A stretch of 64,000 bases of DNA. Source: a virus. Below, piece by piece: positions 57,015 to 64,000 of this stretch. Every line of letters starts with the position of its first letter. The first letter of the stretch is position 1. The notes under the pieces are model-generated. The model had not been told where the DNA came from. It saw only the letters and a list, made by a program, of their open reading frames with translations, and did not search any database. A program made the translations under genes and the position numbers. Where the stretch lies: IMG/VR virus record IMGVR_UViG_3300030102_007788, positions 32,001-96,000 of that record; one strand, written 5' to 3'.

Positions 57015-57622
57015 TGAACATTGGTGTTATCAGTTTTGAGTGCCCACCAAATAACGATAGGGCTCTCAGTTTCCCAAATAAACAAAAGTATTGCGACAAG
57101 CACGGCTATACTTTTCTGTCTTATACCGAATCCTTAAATGAATATTGTCATCCATCTTGGAGTAAAATACTATATCTAATTAAACATTTGCGGGATTTTG
57201 ACTGGCTTGTATGGACTGATGCTGATACCTATATCATAAATTCTGATATAAAACTTGAAAGCTTTATTAAGAATGGTAAGGAGTTTATTATACAATGTGA
57301 CACCGAGGGAAATTATACAGCTATTAACGCAGGAGTTATCTTTGTAAAAAATTCTCAGTTCTGTTATAACCTTTTAAAAATATGGTGGGAAACACACACG
57401 ATGGAGATGTGTAGGAACCTCAATAATGATGAGTGGGAACAGCTCGGGCTTAAGTACCTAATAGGCCAGAAAGGTGAGAAGTATCAGGGTATAATTGATG
57501 TTATATTGGACGATAAAACAGGATTTAATGTTATACCGGAGTTTACAGATGAAAATACTTTTATAATGCATGCTAGAAAACCGCATAAAAACATAGAAGA
57601 TGTTAAGCATTTGATTTTTTAG
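57014..57622 (+). CDS. GT34 (Mnn10/GMA12-like) glycosyltransferase
   Basis: KQKYCDKHGY, WSKI, WTDAD, NAGV, WEQ. Confidence 0.8.
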   Translation: MNIGVISFECPPNNDRALSFPNKQKYCDKHGYTFLSYTESLNEYCHPSWSKILYLIKHLRDFDWLVWTDADTYIINSDIKLESFIKNGKEFIIQCDTEGNYTAINAGVIFVKNSQFCYNLLKIWWETHTMEMCRNLNNDEWEQLGLKYLIGQKGEKYQGIIDVILDDKTGFNVIPEFTDENTFIMHARKPHKNIEDVKHLIF

Positions 57623-57623
57623 A

Positions 57624-57875
57624 ATGAAAGATTATATAAAAAAAGCTTTAGATGACTTGGTAAAGAATAGGCCGCAAATAAACTTAGATAGTGAGGCGGC
57701 TAGAATTCAGATTGCGGAGCATGTCGCTCACTGCATAAAAGAATCTTTAGTAGAGGAAACTAAAGATAAATGTGTTATTTGCGGGTGCGTAACAGAGTAT
57801 GATAGATTTGATCATATCGATAAAAGATACTTCTATGTAGAAGGGGCCGGGCAGCTTTGCCCAGACTGTTACTAG
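57624..57875 (+). CDS. Zinc-finger hypothetical protein
   Basis: CVIC...YVEGAGQLCPDC. Confidence 0.65.
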   Translation: MKDYIKKALDDLVKNRPQINLDSEAARIQIAEHVAHCIKESLVEETKDKCVICGCVTEYDRFDHIDKRYFYVEGAGQLCPDCY

Positions 57876-57879
57876 TGCT

Positions 57880-59028
57880 TTGACAAACGTAGTTTTTATT
57901 TCTAATTTTAGTGGTCCTTCAGGTTCCGCAATAGCTGCCCGCGGTTACTTCAAAATACTTGCGACTCACCCAAAAATAAATTTAAAAGCAATAAACGCTA
58001 AACCCGAAGGGGCGATAGGCGAAGAACCTGAAAACTTTAACAGGTATCTCAGCAAAAGTCTTCCGGAAAGCTATGTCCTTATCTATCTTATAGAGCCGGG
58101 AGAACAGCATCTAACTAATGCTTGCGACCAAACCGGTTGTAACATCAGAAAAATAATACAGCATTCCACAAAATGTTTAATATTTACCGCGTGGGAATGT
58201 ATAGGTATTCCAAATACGTGGAGAAATTTTTTTAACAATTACGCAGACGAAGTAGTAACTTATTGTAATTTTCAGCAAAGAAATTTATCGGGAGAGCTAA
58301 ACAGGACTGTTAATATCATTCCTCATTTAGTATCTGTAAATACCCAAGGAACTAGCAATAACTCTAACACTGAAAAATTCAGGATATTGTCTATCTCCCA
58401 ATGGTCTGAGAGGAAGGGCTTCGATATAGCTATTCAAGCGTATTTATGTGAATTTTTTAACCACCAAGATGTAGAGTTTGTGATAAAAACTTATGGTAGA
58501 TCTGGCGTCGCTGGCGAAGACCTTGAGATAAAAAAACAAATAATGAATTATAAAGCTAACTGTTCTCGTCTTGGACAACTACCAAAATGTCAAATCAAAT
58601 TATGGGTAGCGGCTACTACATTTAACAATATAGATCGCCTCTATGATAATTGTGACTTGTACTTTTCTCCCACAAGAGGAGAGGGTTTTGGACTGACTAT
58701 TGCTGAAGCTTTAGTTAGAGGTAAAAGAGTTTTAGTCCCAGATCAAGGAGGGCATTTGGACTACATCCACCCTAACAATTATTTTATAAAAAGTCGATGG
58801 GAGACGATGAGATGTGCCGATTGGAGTATAAATTATTCATCTGAGTTTAAGTTAGTTGAACCAGATTTTGAAGATACTAGATTACAGTTAAGAAAAGCTT
58901 ACGAAGACTTTACAAATAAGAAACAAGAATGGGCAAATAAACAAGAGGCCAGCCAAAAATTTACGATGGATTATCTTTCAGAAGATAAGATAAAAAGTAG
59001 TCTAGAAAGAGTATTAGGTATAAAATAA
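57880..59028 (+). CDS. GT4 glycosyltransferase
   Basis: ERKG, RGEGFGLTIAEA. Confidence 0.88.
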   Translation: MTNVVFISNFSGPSGSAIAARGYFKILATHPKINLKAINAKPEGAIGEEPENFNRYLSKSLPESYVLIYLIEPGEQHLTNACDQTGCNIRKIIQHSTKCLIFTAWECIGIPNTWRNFFNNYADEVVTYCNFQQRNLSGELNRTVNIIPHLVSVNTQGTSNNSNTEKFRILSISQWSERKGFDIAIQAYLCEFFNHQDVEFVIKTYGRSGVAGEDLEIKKQIMNYKANCSRLGQLPKCQIKLWVAATTFNNIDRLYDNCDLYFSPTRGEGFGLTIAEALVRGKRVLVPDQGGHLDYIHPNNYFIKSRWETMRCADWSINYSSEFKLVEPDFEDTRLQLRKAYEDFTNKKQEWANKQEASQKFTMDYLSEDKIKSSLERVLGIK

Positions 59029-59033
59029 GGGCA

Positions 59034-59123
59034 ATGACGAAAAAAGAGATTATAAGTTTTTGGATACTCATACTTTTATGTATTGTATTAAACTGTTTTT
59101 TGGCCGCTAAATATTTAGTATGA
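59034..59123 (+). CDS. 29-aa single-TM microprotein
   Basis: MTKKEIISFWILILLCIVLNCFLAAKYLV; ATGA overlap with the next ORF. Confidence 0.45.
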   Translation: MTKKEIISFWILILLCIVLNCFLAAKYLV

Positions 59124-59245
59124 TTGAGCTAGCATTACAAGTTACATCGGGATTAATAATCTTTATAGCATTCATGTTTGCTTGGTCGTCTACCAGACTA
59201 GTAGAAGAAAAAAAGAAAAGAAAGAAAGATAAGGATAGTGATTAA
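59120..59245 (+). CDS. 41-aa single-TM microprotein with basic tail
   Basis: MIELALQVTSGLIIFIAFMFAWSSTRLVEEKKKRKK. Confidence 0.5.
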   Translation: MIELALQVTSGLIIFIAFMFAWSSTRLVEEKKKRKKDKDSD

Positions 59246-59432
59246 AAAACTATGGCTGATTTGGTGCAGGACGGTTGACCACCGTATCGGAAAGAATGAC
59301 GATGATGAGCCAGAAATACCTATCCTTACCCTAAAGCAAGCTCAGATAAGTCTTTTTATTAGGACTTTTATTATTCTTGTAAATTTAATTACGTGTTTTT
59401 TCATAGTAGCTAATATAATACATAAATGGTAA
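59238..59432 (+). CDS. Small membrane protein
   Basis: C-terminal transmembrane helix. Confidence 0.6.
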   Translation: MIKKLWLIWCRTVDHRIGKNDDDEPEIPILTLKQAQISLFIRTFIILVNLITCFFIVANIIHKW

Positions 59433-59728
59433 ACGAAAAAGATATCGAAAAAATCCTGAACGATCTTCTTGAAAAAGACCAGTCCGCAATGATAGCTTTG
59501 CTATCTTTAACTGTACCAACTAAAAAAGCAGTTTTGGAGGATTACGACGTTAGGTTTGGTAGTCGTGGCGGCGATTACCCTCAGCTTGGGATAATCACCA
59601 TACTAAACAAGATCATTGAGAGTTCAAATAAAAGGATTAAGTTTGATTATAGCTGCGATCCCATCAGTATGGAAATGACCCCACATAAATTTAAATTAGT
59701 GGATATAAATAAAAGATATGACGTATAA
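59426..59728 (+). CDS. Hypothetical protein
   Basis: ORF in overlapping run. Confidence 0.55.
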   Translation: MVNEKDIEKILNDLLEKDQSAMIALLSLTVPTKKAVLEDYDVRFGSRGGDYPQLGIITILNKIIESSNKRIKFDYSCDPISMEMTPHKFKLVDINKRYDV

Positions 59729-59981
59729 AGAGTTACTGTTTAAAATGGCGAGAAGGGGGATGTTGAGTCTCTCTAACGACAAAGATGGACGAGGCCTCTT
59801 CTGGATGGGTATGAGCAATATGGAAGCTCTTGAAAAAGAGTTTGATTGGAAAGATTTTGAAGGGGAAGATCCGCCTGAAAAAGAATACTACATAGACAAG
59901 CAGGGAAGAAGGCAGGAGAAGTGCGAAGACTTTGAATATAGACAGTATCCATTCAAAAGTGAATCAGAAAACGTCAAATAA
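59718..59981 (+). CDS. Hypothetical protein
   Basis: ORF in overlapping run. Confidence 0.55.
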   Translation: MTYKELLFKMARRGMLSLSNDKDGRGLFWMGMSNMEALEKEFDWKDFEGEDPPEKEYYIDKQGRRQEKCEDFEYRQYPFKSESENVK

Positions 59982-60389
59982 ACACATATTTATGAACGAA
60001 AAAAATCCAAATAAACAACTTTATATACTCGAGAATAAAGATATTACTTGGGAGTATGACGAAGATTCTCTAACTGCTAAAATTATAGAAACTTTAGATG
60101 CAATAGCTGAAGGAAGTATAAAGCTTTCTTCTCCTTATCAGCCAAATCTTGGGACAAAATATATTGGATCAGATGTAAGAAAAAGTATCGCTGAAGCAAT
60201 AGTAGATAAATTGTGAACGAAAAAACGCCAAATAAACACAATTTTACTCCACGGGAAGCCCCGAAACTTCCCGAGAATGAAAATTTTGTTTCTCATTCTG
60301 ATATACCTTGGCCCTTAATGAGCGAATGCCTAGAGCGTGATAGACAAATTCAAATTATGAACGATAAAATGCCAAATAAACACAATCTC
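59959..60389 (+). repeat. Four ~30-bp dispersed direct repeats RTGAAYNANAAAANNYCAAATAAACA
   Basis: Copies start at 59959, 59992, 60213 and 60357. Confidence 0.8.
59992..60216 (+). CDS. Hypothetical protein starting with the repeat peptide
   Basis: MNEKNPNKQL...; alternative GTG start at 59959. Confidence 0.55.
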   Translation: MNEKNPNKQLYILENKDITWEYDEDSLTAKIIETLDAIAEGSIKLSSPYQPNLGTKYIGSDVRKSIAEAIVDKL

Positions 60390-60527
60390 CCCGATGTCCG
60401 ATCATTCACATTTGACGACGATAAGAACGATTGGACTGAAGAAAGTTATCATAATTTTTATTTTTTTGAGGGTGAGGATGCCAAGGTAATTTATCATTAT
60501 TATGATACTGGTGAAGCAAAAGGTTAA
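60213..60527 (+). CDS. Hypothetical protein with two repeat peptides
   Basis: MNEKTPNKHNF...MNDKMPNKHNL. Confidence 0.55.
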   Translation: MNEKTPNKHNFTPREAPKLPENENFVSHSDIPWPLMSECLERDRQIQIMNDKMPNKHNLPDVRSFTFDDDKNDWTEESYHNFYFFEGEDAKVIYHYYDTGEAKG

Positions 60528-60685
60528 TTAACAGATTAGTTAATCTCAGGGTTAACAGTCTCGTTAACTTCATAAAAAAAATTTTTTTGAGTTGAGAGGT
60601 ATTTAATTTATCTTGTTAAAAACTACCTCATTCTTCTCATAAAAATTATTTTTTTTGACAGAGCATAAAAATATGAAAAAAGGGG

Positions 60686-60714
60686 TTGACTTGTTTCCCT
60701 GCATCAGTTATGCT
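60686..60714 (+). promoter_or_regulatory. CCTG-spacer promoter of rIIA
   Basis: TTGACT-TGTTTC-CCTG-CATCAGT-TATGCT; A/T tracts upstream. Confidence 0.78.
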
Positions 60715-60724
60715 GTTCTTCGTT

Positions 60725-63154
60725 ATGATTACTTCGTCACAACAGACAACGCTAAAACAGTCCGACGATTTCCAGTCGGTATCCTTTGGAATAAAAGAGA
60801 GTGGACTCTCTCATATCTTCAACGTCCTGCGAAATCAATTATATTCTGATAAGATTCTCGCAGTTATTCGTGAGTATTCTACTAATGCGGTAGATGCCCA
60901 CATTGAAGTAGGTAAAGCAGACCTACCTATATTAGTTACTCTCCCCTCTGCTCTTACGCCTGAGTTCAAGGTGCGAGATTTTGGTCGAGGTTTGACAGAA
61001 ACTCAAGTCTCTGAGATTTATGCAATGTATGGTGAATCTACCAAACGAGGCACAAATGAACAGATTGGTCAGTTGGGGCTTGGTTCAAAATCGGCATTCG
61101 CTTATGGAGATAATTTTATCATAAATTCTTATGTTAAGGGAACGAAAACAACATATAATGCCTTTATCGACCCCTCTGATGTTGGTCAGATATCCAAAAT
61201 TCATACCGAAAAGACCGATGAGAAGGATGGCATTGAAATTGTTATACCAGTAAAATCGGATGACCATGACGAGTTTTACAGAAAGGCAGTTCGTTTATAC
61301 AAGTATTTCAAGGTTGTTCCTAGTGTCAAGGGAGCAAGCCAAGAGCAACTAGAAAGAGACTTGGAACAGGATGAAGTTGTCGTTACAAAAGATAACTGGA
61401 GTCTTGTAAAAGGCGACTCGTATGCGGTGATGGGCAACATTGCCTATCCCCTAGACTACTCTGCTTTGAACTTGGGTTGGCAGGATGAGAGAGCAGATTT
61501 AATTTCAGCGGGAGTTGTGATTGATTTTGCGATTGGCGATTTGGAAATTTCTGCTTCCCGTGAAGCATTGCAATATACCGATAAGACAAAAGATGTTATC
61601 ATTAAAAAACTAGAAGCGATTATCAAACAACTACCCGATGTATTGGGCGAGAAGTTTGACGAATGTGATACTTTATGGGATGTAAAGGTTTTATATAATG
61701 AGGCTTTTCGGCATGGAGGTTTTGGTCAAAAGATTCGCAAGATAGTAGAAACCAAGGGTATTTTATGGAATGGTATCAAGGTTACTAATGGAAATTTCAG
61801 CACTCAAAAATGGAAATCTGAGCATCTTGAATTAAAGCATTTTAGTAAACCTAATCATTACGGTAATCGTAAACGTGTTAGGGGCGAGGAAGCTAATAAC
61901 ATTTATGCTAAAAATGATGTTTTAATAATTGTAGATGATTTGCCTACGCATCACGGTAGACTGAATCGTATCGCACCTTTAGTGGAGAATTACGATAAGC
62001 GCGATGAGCAGCACAAGGATACTCCCGTATATGAATCTGTTTATTTGATAAACTTCCGCGAAAGTAAAGCCAAGCAGGAGTTTTACGACCAAACTAAATT
62101 TGATTTTCCTACGAAAAAACTGTCAGAGTATCCCAAGATTGTATTGCGCGATATATACCCAAGCAATTCGACAGTATCGGGAGGCACTACTACTAAAAAC
62201 TCAAAGCATAGCACCAAGGTTTTTTCCTTGGATGCGGAATGCTCTCATGGTCATTATCATAATTGCCGTAGCGACTTCTTTGAGTCTAATGAAGTTGATT
62301 TAGATGAAGGGGGAGTTTATGTCATCGTGGATAAATTTTATTGGGGAAATGACAGGGATGGAGACAAGCATCCCTCGCACCTCGTTAAAAAGGTAAAAGC
62401 ATTAACAAACATAGGTATAGATGTTCCTACTGTTTATGCGATGAAACCTACTGAGAAGAACTTAAAAGCAGTAGACGGCAAGCAATGGACTTACTTTGAA
62501 GATTGGGCGATTGAGGCGTTTCAAAATTATATCGGTGAGCTTGGCTACGTCGAAGATTTATACTTCAAATTGGTAGCAGAAAACCATACCAAGTTATGTG
62601 ACCGCAATGATACATTTTGTGATGCGTTAATAACAATGAGTGAAAAAGATGATAGTTTCATCGACTCACTTCCAGAGTCATTAGCTAAAACATATCTCAA
62701 TCGTTACCATGAAATGAATCGGGAAAGTGGAAGTGAAGCGGATAAAGAGTTATCTAAAATTAGAGACGCTTTCAATACGATTGGCAAATCAACCCGTGAA
62801 TATGGGTATGGTTATTGCGACTCTGAGGAAAAGCTCGAAAAGATTAAGAATCCTGACACAAGAGGCATCCTAGACTATTGTCTGACTAAAGATTGGGATT
62901 GGTTGCGTGAAGCAGAGCATGACTTGAATGCAATGAACGAGGAATGCCAGAAACGCTATAAGATGATTACATTGATGGATGACTCTAACTATAATTGGAG
63001 GAATCAAACCAAGGCTATAAAAGCAGCAAAAGAATACATCACCATAGTTGAAGCGACATATAATATTAAAAAAAAGATAGAAAAAACAAAGGCATCAAAC
63101 GCTGATTTACTCGCAAAGTTTCCAGAGAACATTTTCTTAAACGCTAACGTATAA
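60725..63154 (+). CDS. rIIA: RIIA-like protein (GHKL ATPase)
   Basis: LYSDKILAVIREYSTNAVDAH, DFGRGL, GQLGLGSKS; followed by rIIB. Confidence 0.88.
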   Translation: MITSSQQTTLKQSDDFQSVSFGIKESGLSHIFNVLRNQLYSDKILAVIREYSTNAVDAHIEVGKADLPILVTLPSALTPEFKVRDFGRGLTETQVSEIYAMYGESTKRGTNEQIGQLGLGSKSAFAYGDNFIINSYVKGTKTTYNAFIDPSDVGQISKIHTEKTDEKDGIEIVIPVKSDDHDEFYRKAVRLYKYFKVVPSVKGASQEQLERDLEQDEVVVTKDNWSLVKGDSYAVMGNIAYPLDYSALNLGWQDERADLISAGVVIDFAIGDLEISASREALQYTDKTKDVIIKKLEAIIKQLPDVLGEKFDECDTLWDVKVLYNEAFRHGGFGQKIRKIVETKGILWNGIKVTNGNFSTQKWKSEHLELKHFSKPNHYGNRKRVRGEEANNIYAKNDVLIIVDDLPTHHGRLNRIAPLVENYDKRDEQHKDTPVYESVYLINFRESKAKQEFYDQTKFDFPTKKLSEYPKIVLRDIYPSNSTVSGGTTTKNSKHSTKVFSLDAECSHGHYHNCRSDFFESNEVDLDEGGVYVIVDKFYWGNDRDGDKHPSHLVKKVKALTNIGIDVPTVYAMKPTEKNLKAVDGKQWTYFEDWAIEAFQNYIGELGYVEDLYFKLVAENHTKLCDRNDTFCDALITMSEKDDSFIDSLPESLAKTYLNRYHEMNRESGSEADKELSKIRDAFNTIGKSTREYGYGYCDSEEKLEKIKNPDTRGILDYCLTKDWDWLREAEHDLNAMNEECQKRYKMITLMDDSNYNWRNQTKAIKAAKEYITIVEATYNIKKKIEKTKASNADLLAKFPENIFLNANV

Positions 63155-63171
63155 AAAACGAAAGGACTAAT

Positions 63172-64000
63172 ATGTTACCATACATACTTACTGATAACTC
63201 GCTGACCATTGTAGTAGATGGCAAAGCACTCACGATGGAGAAAACGAATCCATCATTCAACGAGGCAACTAAACTTCTCGCAGAAGAACGGTTTGATGAA
63301 TTGCCTGACTTGTTCGATGTTCCAAAGGCAGTCGAAAAATTCGCAGATGGAAACATATCTGTCTCCGATGGTGAGGTTCGTTACAAAGATGAAACGATTC
63401 ACAATCATGTTGTAGGTCGAATCCTTGACTTCATGCGTCAGGGACTGCCATATAAGCCTCTGGTGAGGTTTTTGGATAAGCTCATGGAGAATCCCTCTCG
63501 TCGTGCTGTAAACGAGTTGTATGCGTTCCTTGAACACAAGGCAATGCCTTTGACTCCAGACGGTAACTTTCTTGCCTACAAGGGAGTGAGAGAGGATTAT
63601 ACCGATTGGCACTCTGGCAAATTCCGCAACCAAGTTGGTGATGAGCATGAAATGATTCGCAACAAGGTCTGCGATGACGCAAACATTGGATGTTCTTACG
63701 GGTTCCATGCTGGTAGCTTGGAGTATGCCAAGGGATACGGTAATGGAGGTCATTTAATGGTTGTTGAAATCGACCCCCGTGATGTTGTTAGTGTTCCATT
63801 GGATTGCGACCAGCAAAAATTACGCACCGCAAAGTATAAGGTTGTTTCACACTTTGAAAAGAAGTTGGAAGAACCAATGTGCGATGATTACGGTGATTAC
63901 GTTGAATTGGACGATGAGGAACCTAGCGATAACTCTCAATGGGATAATGGCTTTGATGCTGGCTACGAGGCAGCAAAAAAGGATTTAGTGGATAGTCTGT
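63172..64000 (+). CDS. rIIB: RIIB-like protein (3' end outside window)
   Basis: Hand-translated: NPSRRAVNELYAFL...TPDGNFLAYKGV...CSYGFHAG...PRDVVSVPLD. Confidence 0.88.
   Translation, partial: MLPYILTDNSLTIVVDGKALTMEKTNPSFNEATKLLAEERFDELPDLFDVPKAVEKFADGNISVSDGEVRYKDETIHNHVVGRILDFMRQGLPYKPLVRFLDKLMENPSRRAVNELYAFLEHKAMPLTPDGNFLAYKGVREDYTDWHSGKFRNQVGDEHEMIRNKVCDDANIGCSYGFHAGSLEYAKGYGNGGHLMVVEIDPRDVVSVPLDCDQQKLRTAKYKVVSHFEKKLEEPMCDDYGDYVELDDEEPSDNSQWDNGFDAGYEAAKKDLVDSL

Noticed and set aside
59959-60389. Repeats as a CRISPR array
   Set aside because: Degenerate, irregularly spaced (33, 221, 144 nt), in frame with ORFs, non-palindromic, and no cas operon
60686-60724. ORF-track upstream starts (rIIA 60686; also 23462, 3127, 11797, 37811, 41466)
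   Set aside because: They overlap predicted promoters or neighbouring genes; downstream ATGs fit better
196-63988. Short antisense or alternate-frame ORFs in the track (e.g. 196..492, 8166..8648, 63253..63753)
   Set aside because: Shadows of well-supported genes, with no motifs of their own
1-64000. Stop-codon reassignment, inteins or introns
   Set aside because: Conserved genes (nrdA, dnaB, dnaE core, recA, thyX) are intact and of normal length in code 11, and TAA, TAG and TGA all end genes

Overview
This 64 kb window is an AT-rich, gene-dense segment of a large tailed dsDNA phage, not a cellular chromosome. The host is inferred to be a PVC-superphylum bacterium, possibly Verrucomicrobia. 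Layout from left to right: (1) a lambda-type tail-tip module (gpI/K/L/M-like) diverging from three paralogous tube-like genes and a 1122-aa IPT/TIG-like protein rich in Ser/Thr-Gly; (2) an accessory block with a 2OG oxygenase, an orphan Xre/MbcA/ParS antitoxin domain, a DegT aminotransferase, a GspC-like protein, a prepilin with a CxxCH motif, PPase and a DUF2589-like pair; (3) nucleotide metabolism (NrdA, an NrdB lacking the radical tyrosine, dUTPase, dCMP deaminase, dNMP kinase, ThyX) plus Hsp20; (4) a ~290-nt structured non-coding element at the strand switch and a phage sigma factor; (5) a ~12 kb glycosylation island including Gmd, Fcl, GT11 and GT15-like genes; (6) replication genes (RecA, tubulin/FtsZ-like GTPase, DnaB, primase, PD-(D/E)XK nuclease, and DnaE split into PHP, exonuclease and core); (7) more glycosyltransferases, tRNA-Arg(TCT), short ORFs sharing a repeated 5' end, and rIIA/rIIB. 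Most notable: a promoter class TTGAC(N)-N6-CCTG-N7-TAnnnT in nine copies, a second GTGTAA motif, a sigma54-type site at hsp20, the novel structured RNA candidate, the CxxCH pilin plus GspC-like pair, a probable class Ic RNR, and a possible virion glycosylation system. All family assignments come from motif recognition by eye; no database search was run.
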